Virus record (IMG/VR): IMGVR_UViG_3300050120_000230
Span: 62,001-126,000 of that record
Direction: 5' to 3' (one strand)
DNA length: 64,000 bases
This document shows, in pieces, positions 39,895-47,924 of the stretch; within the stretch, counting starts at the first letter, position 1, and each line of letters begins with the position of its first letter. Both the position numbers and the translations under genes were made by a program. The notes beneath the pieces were generated by a model, which was not told the origin of the DNA, made no database searches, and saw only the letters and a program-made list of their open reading frames with translations.

Positions 39895-40286
39895 TGCTGG
39901 ATAGCTACACCGTTCCTATGGAGCGACATGGTCGAGCAAAGTTCAACGCTCGACATTCGCCCGACCGGTGTGAGTTCTACAACAGCGACGAACTCCGGCG
40001 GGCAGGCCATATCCAGTGGTCTCCCGCAAATCTTCGCGACAAAGAAATGCTCGGTGTGTTTCACACGATCCGAACGATAGACGAAATGTATGCTCTCGTC
40101 TCTCAACCGATCACGAGAGAAGTTCTGGAAGAGTCCATGGAGGCCGCGACAACGCTACTCCGCATGAACATGCACTTCGACGCATGGACCAGTATGGAAG
40201 TGTCTGACGGCGTTCAAAATAGGCTGGGATTTTTCTTTCGGCGCCGTGAAGACGCACTCATGTTTAAGATGGTGTGGCCGTCCTAA
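39894..40286 (+). CDS. hypothetical protein of the FKxxW family
   Basis: TGATG coupling to the ligase; ends FFFRRREDALMFKMVWPS. Confidence 0.65.
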   Translation: MLDSYTVPMERHGRAKFNARHSPDRCEFYNSDELRRAGHIQWSPANLRDKEMLGVFHTIRTIDEMYALVSQPITREVLEESMEAATTLLRMNMHFDAWTSMEVSDGVQNRLGFFFRRREDALMFKMVWPS

Positions 40287-40293
40287 ATACAGG

Positions 40294-40932
40294 ATGCGCG
40301 TTGACGATATTTTCCCGCCCGAAGTCATCGACGAAGATATTCGGAAATGGATGGGTGGCGCTCTGGCGGCCGGTGCTCTCGCCGCCGCCCCTGTGGGCAT
40401 GAAAAACGTCCACGATACCAACGCTCAAGCGTCCATCGCCCAAGACATCGCAGTGCTGGCACAGACCATGTGGGGCGAGGCCCGGAACCATGGCACGGTG
40501 GGCATGTTGGCCATCGGCAACGTCGTCAAAAACCGCGCCGAGTCAGATCGCGGCCTGACATTTGGTCACGGAATTAGGGGTGTCGCGCTGAAGCACAAGC
40601 AATTTTCTTGCTGGAACCCGAGCGATCCGAACCGCGACAAAATCGAAGAAATGAAAAAACTGGATCAAGATATCAAGAGCCATGTCTCTCCTGATCCGAA
40701 AGTTCCGTTCGATCAGTGGTTCAAGGCGTTTCAGACAACACCAGAATTCGGTGAGTTTAAGGCGTGGCGTGAAGCTTATTTCTTGGCTCAGAAAATCATG
40801 TTGGACCAAGTTCCAGACCCCACAAAAGGGGCTTTCTTCTATCATACGACCTCCGTTCACCCTCGTTGGTCTATCGGTGCTGAACCGATCAGTCAGGTCG
40901 CAAATCACGTTTTTTATCAACGAGTGCACTAA
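40294..40932 (+). CDS. SleB/CwlJ-like cell wall hydrolase
   Basis: LAQTMWGEARN, V.NR, QFSCWN, DPTKGAFFYH, NHVFY; TAAATA at 40284-40289. Confidence 0.9.
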   Translation: MRVDDIFPPEVIDEDIRKWMGGALAAGALAAAPVGMKNVHDTNAQASIAQDIAVLAQTMWGEARNHGTVGMLAIGNVVKNRAESDRGLTFGHGIRGVALKHKQFSCWNPSDPNRDKIEEMKKLDQDIKSHVSPDPKVPFDQWFKAFQTTPEFGEFKAWREAYFLAQKIMLDQVPDPTKGAFFYHTTSVHPRWSIGAEPISQVANHVFYQRVH

Positions 40933-41036
40933 TCGTCGCGCGACAATTGAATCATTTTGGTTGACGAAACCGTTTCGGTATATATTTTACGCTCCATAGT
41001 TCGCGGGTAACACCGCATACATTGGAGCAGAGCCAT

Positions 41037-41597
41037 ATGTCGCCTTTCGGAATCCGCCCTGACGAACGCGTCGCCGTTTTCATCGACGGCCCCAATCTCT
41101 ATGCGGCAGCCAAACAAGCTCAGGTCGAAATCGACTACAAGAAGATGCGTGAGCACTTCGAAACGTCGTCGCAGTTCATTCGCGCCTACTACTACACCGC
41201 CATGGCCGACGACGAGGAAGAGTTCAACCCCGTCCGTCCCCTGCTCGATTTCCTCGGCTACAACGGCTTCTCGCTGGTGACCAAGCCGATGAAGCAGTTC
41301 ACCGACGAGACCGGCCGCAAGCGCAACAAGGGCAACATGGACATCGAGATCGCGGTGGACATGCTGGGTCTCGCCGACCGCCTCGACCACATCATCCTGT
41401 TCTCCGGCAACGGCGACTTCCGCCGCGTGACCGAAGCCGTGCAGGACAAGGGCGTTCGTGTCACGGCCGTTTCCACGAAGGATGGCGGCTCCACGATGAT
41501 CGCCGATGAGCTTCGCCGTCAGGTGGACAGCTTCGTCGATGTCAAGGATTTGGCCGGTATTCTCGGCCGCGCGCCGCGAGCCGTCACCCGCGACTGA
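41037..41597 (+). CDS. NYN-domain (LabA/DUF88) protein
   Basis: FIDGPNL, KGNMDIEIAVD, SGNGDF, LRRQVDSFVD. Confidence 0.9.
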   Translation: MSPFGIRPDERVAVFIDGPNLYAAAKQAQVEIDYKKMREHFETSSQFIRAYYYTAMADDEEEFNPVRPLLDFLGYNGFSLVTKPMKQFTDETGRKRNKGNMDIEIAVDMLGLADRLDHIILFSGNGDFRRVTEAVQDKGVRVTAVSTKDGGSTMIADELRRQVDSFVDVKDLAGILGRAPRAVTRD

Positions 41598-41639
41598 ACA
41601 ACCCGATTTGCACCCTGTGCCGGTGCATTTTGGAAGACT

Positions 41640-41669
41640 GGGGCGTCCTACGGGGCGCCCCTCTTTTTT
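41640..41669 (+). terminator. intrinsic terminator
   Basis: GGGGCGTCC-TACG-GGGCGCCCC followed by a T-tract. Confidence 0.85.
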
Positions 41670-41671
41670 GG

Positions 41672-41699
41672 TTGACCAAATAGTTTTCCGTGAGAAACT
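41672..41699 (+). promoter_or_regulatory. early-type promoter TTGACC-N11-CGTGA-GAAACT
   Basis: recurrent motif with identical spacing. Confidence 0.75.
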
Positions 41700-41729
41700 T
41701 CAATCAAGAGCGAAACGCGGAGGCACATC

Positions 41730-42089
41730 ATGCAAGTCCACATCAAGAAGATGAACCGGGTGATCGAAACCACCGACGACCGTGGTGGCCTCGGCAAGAC
41801 CATCGGCTTCTACGAAATGAAGTCGGAAGCTGAAGCGGTGGCAAAAGGTCGTGGCTGGTACGGCGGCGATGCTCGCCTGATCTCGACCCGCATCCTGCAA
41901 GTGGTGGAAATCGTGGACGGCTCACCGGTCGCCAAGAATTACGTGCTGGACAACACCTTCTCCGACCCGGTGGCTCTGGAAGTCGATCTGGTGCAGGACG
42001 CCCGAGACAAGCTCGAAGCCGTCCAAGCGAAGGCCAAGAGCACGTTCACGGCTGAAGAACTCGCCATGCTGAAGCTCAATTTGCCCTAA
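41730..42089 (+). CDS. hypothetical early protein
   Basis: GGAGG RBS and the conserved promoter. Confidence 0.7.
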   Translation: MQVHIKKMNRVIETTDDRGGLGKTIGFYEMKSEAEAVAKGRGWYGGDARLISTRILQVVEIVDGSPVAKNYVLDNTFSDPVALEVDLVQDARDKLEAVQAKAKSTFTAEELAMLKLNLP

Positions 42090-42147
42090 CACATATAGGA
42101 AACAGCAGTTTTCTATGCACGTTCCAGCGACGTGTATAGAAACTGGC

Positions 42148-42756
42148 TCAAATCCACGCCAATGTGGCTTCGCCCTTATAGTCGTGGTCCCAGACGAACC
42201 ACGCGAAGGCGATCATCCCAGAGTTCTTCATTTTCTCACCGTTCCGCGTCATCGATAGACGCTTGGAGAACACATAGACGCGTTTGAGCGGTGTGCTCTC
42301 GAACATTTTCTTTCGCCTGCCGCCCTCAAGAAATTGCAGCTTGCAGAGCATGGCTACCTTGCCCGTGGTGAGTAGCAGCGATTGATAGATAAACTCTTCG
42401 GCCAGTTTGAACGGAGGATTCGTGATGATGTTCGCCGGGCGCTCACGCTCGTTATAAGTTTCGATCTCATTCAGGAAGTTCTTGTCTCCCACGCCGTAGC
42501 CCCGATAGTTCAAATCGGTAGCTCTGATCTCGTGGCCATGCGCTTCGAGCACCTTGCAGATGGCGCCGTCGCCGCAAGCAGGTTCCCAGATCAATCCTTC
42601 AAAAGTTTCGTGGGCCAGTAACGCTTCTGTCGCCTCGGGAGGCGTGGGGTAGAAATCGTCATCTGGCCGCCCGGCCGAAGTGCCTACTAGGCTCTGCGCG
42701 CGCTTGAGTTTGGGATCAATAGGAGTGTCGGGGAAAAAGATAAGGGGTTCGCTCAT
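42148..42756 (-). CDS. amino (N6-adenine type) DNA methyltransferase
   Basis: DDFYPTP, WEPACGDG, IITNPPF. Confidence 0.85.
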   Translation of the reverse strand: MSEPLIFFPDTPIDPKLKRAQSLVGTSAGRPDDDFYPTPPEATEALLAHETFEGLIWEPACGDGAICKVLEAHGHEIRATDLNYRGYGVGDKNFLNEIETYNERERPANIITNPPFKLAEEFIYQSLLLTTGKVAMLCKLQFLEGGRRKKMFESTPLKRVYVFSKRLSMTRNGEKMKNSGMIAFAWFVWDHDYKGEATLAWI

Positions 42757-42967
42757 TGCGAAGGTATTTAGTACGGACTTTACTCATCCTGAGTTAGGTG
42801 AAGTCAACGACTATTTCGGTGGTTTTCCACCAATGAAGTTCTAAGGCTGCGCGTGGCACCCCTGCGACCATGAGGGCTGCTTCCGCGTTTTCCGTGGCGC
42901 TTCGAAGAGGGTTCAATAGTTCTACTTGCATCTGAGCGAATTGATGGGGGCTGACCACGCGCAACAT

Positions 42968-44509
42968 TCACTTTTTCTCCGTAATGAGTTGCTTCAGCCG
43001 TTCTTCAACTCTTTCGAGCACACTAGACCAGTTTCGTGGTTCTTCCTGATGGAAGATTTCCACAGTCGGATACCAAGGACTATCGGTGCGATCTTTCAGC
43101 CAGCGCCAGCATCCATCAAATCGTGAAAGCAACCACGTCGGTTTGCCAAGGGCTGCTGCGAGGTGAGCCGTGGACGTATCGACAGCGATCACCAGATCGA
43201 GTTGAGAGATGACCGCTGCCGTATCCAGAAAATCGAAATCCGGTTCGAGGACTTGATGTGGATAAAGTTCTGGCGGCAAGGCAGTTAGATGATCTGTTGC
43301 ACGGTCACCAAATTGTAGACTGAAAAAATCTGCATCTAGTTCCAGTAGGCCGACGAACCACATGAGTTCAATGGATCGCCGATTATCGATGAGTTTCATC
43401 TCGTGGGCGTCACGAGATTGGCCCGCCCAGACGATGCCAACTTTGAGTCGGGAACCTTTGATTTTGCGAGTTTGTATAAGTTCATCGGGCACCGTCAAAT
43501 AGGGAACGGTTGCTGGAATCGTTTCCAATATAGTGCCTAGCAACATCGGCGCGTTCAGCATCGGGCATTCGAAATCATAGTCCAGATCATCCCGACTATC
43601 GACCACCGGAACACCGAGTGCGTCGAACAAACGAAGCAATGGTGTAGGCACAAGAATTGTGAGTTCTAGACCGGCGGCCACCAACAACGGTGCGAAGCGC
43701 ACGAATTGAATGCTGTCCCCGAAACCTTGTTCATGGCAAAACAGAACACGTTTGCCGATCCCGTCTTCCAAATTGGTGAGGATTGGTTTTTGGAACTTGG
43801 CTACATCCGGCTTTGCCATGGGGCAGTCCCAGCGCCGCCCATAGAGCCGCCACCCTGTCGAATAGTCTCCGAGCTTCAGACGTAGTGTGGCTCGATTGAA
43901 ATCCATCTCTGGACTGTCTACTGGTGAATCCGCCGCAAGCGCATCGAACGCCTCCAACGCCTCGTCCTCTCGGCCGATATCGCTGAGCGTGACGGCTCGG
44001 TTCAAGCGGGTTCGAATACGACCAGCGTTGTCATCACCGTTAAGGGCCAAGGCACGGTCGTAGAGGGCCAAAGCGTTCTCATGCTGGCTCAGGCGGCGAT
44101 AGACGTTAGCGAGGTTCATAGCGGCCTCCCAGTGCGCTGGATCGGCATCCAGAGCTTGCAGGAGAGCATCGCGTGCGTCGTCGTGTCGATTTAGAGCAGT
44201 GAACACATTTGCTGCGTTGAAGCAGAGGTTGGCGTCTGCTGAAAAATCTTTCAGACCGTTCAGGGCATAGGTGAGCGCGTGATCGGCTGCCTTTGCTTCT
44301 AGGAACCCGACACAGGCATTGGAGAACCAATCCGCACGAGGTTGCACAAGACTGCTTGCCATGAGCAAAGTGTCTGCTTCGTCAAATCGCCCCAGCGCGA
44401 TGAGCGATAGGCCGGTGACGTGCATGATCTCGGCGGACTGAGCGCCCACTTGCAGAACATCGAGATGTTCGCCTGCAAAATATTTCGTCCAAACGTCTTC
44501 CGGGTTCAT
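42968..44509 (-). CDS. TPR-repeat protein fused to a GT-B (family 9-like) glycosyltransferase domain
   Basis: TPR helices, then EQGFGDSIQFVRF, KVGIVWAG, DLVIAVDTSTAHLAAALG, SPWYP. Confidence 0.85.
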   Translation of the reverse strand: MNPEDVWTKYFAGEHLDVLQVGAQSAEIMHVTGLSLIALGRFDEADTLLMASSLVQPRADWFSNACVGFLEAKAADHALTYALNGLKDFSADANLCFNAANVFTALNRHDDARDALLQALDADPAHWEAAMNLANVYRRLSQHENALALYDRALALNGDDNAGRIRTRLNRAVTLSDIGREDEALEAFDALAADSPVDSPEMDFNRATLRLKLGDYSTGWRLYGRRWDCPMAKPDVAKFQKPILTNLEDGIGKRVLFCHEQGFGDSIQFVRFAPLLVAAGLELTILVPTPLLRLFDALGVPVVDSRDDLDYDFECPMLNAPMLLGTILETIPATVPYLTVPDELIQTRKIKGSRLKVGIVWAGQSRDAHEMKLIDNRRSIELMWFVGLLELDADFFSLQFGDRATDHLTALPPELYPHQVLEPDFDFLDTAAVISQLDLVIAVDTSTAHLAAALGKPTWLLSRFDGCWRWLKDRTDSPWYPTVEIFHQEEPRNWSSVLERVEERLKQLITEKK

Positions 44510-44554
44510 CTTTCAAGTATAAACCGCCCGCCCTTCCTCACGCTAAATATATCA

Positions 44555-45604
44555 ATGCGATACCGTGAAATCATTGGCGAACATGCCCCGACCATCGCAG
44601 ATGCGACAAAGAAGAACGGCATTGATCGGAAGATCGCGAATAAGATGGTAGACCCCAAGGGGTATTTTCATCCCAAGGCGCCCATCTCTGAGCGAGATAA
44701 TCTGTCGGCGTGGTTTTCTGGTTCGAAAGTTGTTGACGAACACGGTCAACCCAAACGAATGTATCACGGTAGTAACACCGCGTTCTCGTCATTCGACCCC
44801 GATAAAGCAAATCCCAATTCACTCGTCGGGCCGGGATTTTATTTCACGTCGAGTCCAGAAGTTGCCGGAGGAACCGGTGGCGCCCAGAACGATGAAGAGC
44901 TACGAGCGAAAGCCGCCTTCAATCAGGCAGGCTACGCTTTTCAAGGCACCAAGTTTGAAATCGCCCCGCTGACACCTCGTCAAATCGAACACTTCCGCCG
45001 TATCTTCAACAGCAAGCAGGTTGAGCACGACTGGCGAAACGATATCGGCTCTCGCGAAAGCTGGCAACGAGCCGACAAAGCGTTCGATCAAGGACCCGAG
45101 GCCCTTGCAAAATGGATCGCGAACGAAGCTCCGCAGTGGGTCAAAGATCGCATGAAATTGCAACCCGTCCAAACGACTACGCCGACCGTGTATCCGGTTT
45201 ATCTTTCGATCAAGCACCCGTTCGAAATGGACCTACGCCTCAACCCGGAAGAGGCACAGGAAATGCGTCGCCATATGTGGGAAGCTTCGAAAGAGTTTTT
45301 CGAAGGCGGCGAGCATGGTGAGACATTTGAGAACGCGACCGGCGGCTATCGTGGCACGAAGCGCGATACCTACGCCGGGGATGTCTGGGAATGGATGTTG
45401 AAGCGAGTTTTCAGTAGTGATCGTGGCCGGGCTACGGCGACCCTAAAGCGCATGGGTTATGACGGTATCCATCACACCGGCGGCCGAAACATCGGCACCA
45501 TGGGCGAACACGACGTGTGGGTGGCTTTCTATCCCAATCAAATCAAGTCGGTCTTCGCCCAGAAGTTCGATGCCGACAGCCACGACATCGGAGAATCACG
45601 CTAG
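44555..45604 (+). CDS. ADP-ribosyltransferase-like late protein (polyvalent-protein ART type)
   Basis: WFSGSKVVD..G.P..MYHGS, GPGFYFT, VYPVYL, GYDGI, VAFYPNQIKS; TAAATA at 44544-44549. Confidence 0.7.
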   Translation: MRYREIIGEHAPTIADATKKNGIDRKIANKMVDPKGYFHPKAPISERDNLSAWFSGSKVVDEHGQPKRMYHGSNTAFSSFDPDKANPNSLVGPGFYFTSSPEVAGGTGGAQNDEELRAKAAFNQAGYAFQGTKFEIAPLTPRQIEHFRRIFNSKQVEHDWRNDIGSRESWQRADKAFDQGPEALAKWIANEAPQWVKDRMKLQPVQTTTPTVYPVYLSIKHPFEMDLRLNPEEAQEMRRHMWEASKEFFEGGEHGETFENATGGYRGTKRDTYAGDVWEWMLKRVFSSDRGRATATLKRMGYDGIHHTGGRNIGTMGEHDVWVAFYPNQIKSVFAQKFDADSHDIGESR

Positions 45605-45605
45605 A

Positions 45606-46079
45606 TCATTTCGGTTTCTTGAGGTTAGCAACAGCTATCGCTAAACTAGATGGGTGAAACTTGGGGACCGACAAAGTTAGCTTTGCCTTCTCATCAGCAG
45701 CAAGGAAGACATGATGACTTCCAAACAAATATTTCCCCACAGGATTGCTTCTGAAATGGCGATGCGTGGCCACTTCTAATACAACGATCTCATCGTCATA
45801 CTCGATGTAGTAAACCCTGATATCGTTGCTGTGGAGATCGGGCAGGATAGTCAGGTGCTTTAGACCATGATCCAGTCTCAAGAAATCTTTCGATGGATCG
45901 CTGTTTCCATATTGATAGATAGGAAGAGAGTTTGCGGTGGTTACGTTCTCACGCAACTCTGCTAACGCCAGTTTGATCTCGGTTTTGAAGCGAGTAAGCG
46001 ACTTGTCGATGTGGAAAGTTGTCGCGTGACGGAAACCAAGTTTCTTCTTCGCAATCGTTTCTGTAGTCTTACGCAGCAT
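45606..46079 (-). CDS. RelE/YafQ-like putative mRNA interferase
   Basis: basic protein; LKHLTILPD...RVYY...VLEVATHRHF resembles the YafQ C-terminal core. Confidence 0.5.
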   Translation of the reverse strand: MLRKTTETIAKKKLGFRHATTFHIDKSLTRFKTEIKLALAELRENVTTANSLPIYQYGNSDPSKDFLRLDHGLKHLTILPDLHSNDIRVYYIEYDDEIVVLEVATHRHFRSNPVGKYLFGSHHVFLAADEKAKLTLSVPKFHPSSLAIAVANLKKPK

Positions 46080-46119
46080 GATACGCGCATAGTCCTAGAA
46101 AATATACTCAGAGTCTATT

Positions 46120-46401
46120 TCAATCGAAATACTTATCCAAAAACGCACTATATTCACTAGGCGTCATGCTAGTAACATCTGTTCCACGATCCACATCAGC
46201 AATATTTGCTTTTGCAATAAGATCAGACACTTTTCTAGAAGAGTCGAATACCAAAGTATCTAGTATGGGAGTGAAATCGATTGGAATACTAAAGACACCA
46301 AACAAGTTTGAGGTGTCCGTTTGCGGCATAGAAAATTGCAGTTGGCCATCGAAGGCTAACGTGGAGGTCAAAAAATCCATAGGTGCCTTGGTAGTCTCCA
46401 T
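46120..46401 (-). CDS. small acidic protein, putative antitoxin
   Basis: directly upstream of the RelE-like gene; AT-rich; TAAATA at 46407-46412. Confidence 0.45.
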   Translation of the reverse strand: METTKAPMDFLTSTLAFDGQLQFSMPQTDTSNLFGVFSIPIDFTPILDTLVFDSSRKVSDLIAKANIADVDRGTDVTSMTPSEYSAFLDKYFD

Positions 46402-46441
46402 CTGAGTATTTATGCGCGCTATCGGATGATGTTGTCTATAA

Positions 46442-46470
46442 GAAAAGGCCCCGAGGTTCGGGGCCTTTTC
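46442..46470. terminator. bidirectional intrinsic terminator
   Basis: GAAAAGGCCCCGA-GGT-TCGGGGCCTTTTC. Confidence 0.85.
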
Positions 46471-46479
46471 CTAGTTCAT

Positions 46480-46710
46480 TTACTCGTCGTTGACGAAGAC
46501 GCCGGTGACTTTCACCGATACGATGGCCGTCAGTGGAATGTAGAGTCGGGGCGCCGTATCCGGCATGTTCGAGAAGATCAGCAGGCCGTTGTCCAGAACT
46601 TCGGCCATTCCAGCGCCGAGATAGGTAGTTCCATCCACGCACACGATGTCGTAGGTATCAGTGGGATTGTCTGAAGCATAAGTGCTCAGAGCCGTAGTAA
46701 CATTCGACAT
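46480..46710 (-). CDS. small hypothetical protein
   Basis: AAGGA RBS; bounded by hairpins. Confidence 0.6.
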   Translation of the reverse strand: MSNVTTALSTYASDNPTDTYDIVCVDGTTYLGAGMAEVLDNGLLIFSNMPDTAPRLYIPLTAIVSVKVTGVFVNDE

Positions 46711-46826
46711 ATCAAAAGTCCTTTACTCGGTTAATACCGTAACTTTGTCTCAAAGCAAGACGATAGTCAAAAAGAAACGCCCCCAAGTTTCCTTGAGGGC
46801 GCCCTTTATTCATTGACGAACTTGGA

Positions 46827-47909
46827 TTAGGCCCAAGTAATCGTGATCTTCGCCGCACCTTGTGTCGGGCTACCGGTGTAGTAGACCAGAACGTCGGTGT
46901 CTTCGGCTGAATCGAACTGATAGACCGGATACACGACGTAAACGCCGAGTGTTTGCAGGTCCACTTCGGAGTTGTCCAGCAGACGGGAGTTGTTGGCCGC
47001 ATCACCAATGGTGATATCGGCGCTGCCGTCGAACACGGTCGTAACTTCGATGCTCACTTCAACGACGCGTGTGCCGTTGCCAACCGTGCCAACCAGATCA
47101 TCGCCGTCACCAACGAAGTTGCTGTTGCTGATCGGAATGGATTGGGTCAGGGCGTCGGTGCGTGCCGAAGCTTGCGTCGCGATGCACTGCCATGCAGAAC
47201 CAGTCCACAGGTAGTCAGCGAACTCACCCGTGCCAGCGTTAGCCGGATCACCGCTGGCGTCGAGGACGTGGGCGATGTCACCGACGTTCGGCACCAGAGC
47301 ATCACGAGCCGTGATGTCAGCGACGACACTGGTCTTGGAAGATTCACCGATAGCAGCGATGCTGGTGTCCAGCGTCGTGCCGATGTAGTGATAGACTTCG
47401 ATGTAAACGCTGTCCGTGGCGACGCCAACAACGCCCGAACCGATAGTGGCGGTGATGCCCGAAGGAATCGTGCCAGTGAAGTTCAGGGTGCCGGAGACGT
47501 AGTCGAAGACGTATTCTTGGCCAGTCGTATCAGGGAAGATACGAGCAGCTTTGGCGCCGTTGGGATCACCGAGCCACACGCGGACGAGATAACCCGAACC
47601 GAAGGTGGTGGGGATGAAGTTCCCCATGCCAGCGCCCCAAGTCACGTTCGCCGGAGAAGTGGTGTCCATGACCAGTGCGATACGTGCAGCGCCGTAATAC
47701 TTGTGCACGGTGGCCGTGGTCGAACTCGGCGGAATGAGAGGAATGCTCGTGGTGTCCGATTGCGTCCACACGTTCGTGGCGTAAACGGGAAGCGGCGAGG
47801 AAACGGTTTCGTTGGAACCAGACTTCGTCAGCGAAGACGCGGTCTTGGAGGTTCCGAAGATCACCTTCTTCCAGAGGAAGTCCAGTTTTTCTGTGTCAGA
47901 AATGGTCAT
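46827..47909 (-). CDS. virion structural protein (mosaic paralog of 27521 and 31406 ORFs)
   Basis: MTISD..K.DFLWKKVIFG N-terminus; VVADITARDAL and terminal beta domain. Confidence 0.75.
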   Translation of the reverse strand: MTISDTEKLDFLWKKVIFGTSKTASSLTKSGSNETVSSPLPVYATNVWTQSDTTSIPLIPPSSTTATVHKYYGAARIALVMDTTSPANVTWGAGMGNFIPTTFGSGYLVRVWLGDPNGAKAARIFPDTTGQEYVFDYVSGTLNFTGTIPSGITATIGSGVVGVATDSVYIEVYHYIGTTLDTSIAAIGESSKTSVVADITARDALVPNVGDIAHVLDASGDPANAGTGEFADYLWTGSAWQCIATQASARTDALTQSIPISNSNFVGDGDDLVGTVGNGTRVVEVSIEVTTVFDGSADITIGDAANNSRLLDNSEVDLQTLGVYVVYPVYQFDSAEDTDVLVYYTGSPTQGAAKITITWA

Positions 47910-47924
47910 TGGTCAATGCTCCCC

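Noticed and set aside
42780-42960. Possible ncRNA between the methyltransferase and TPR-GT genes
   Set aside because: Only weak stems; more simply explained by a short minus-strand ORF (MQVELLNPLR...)
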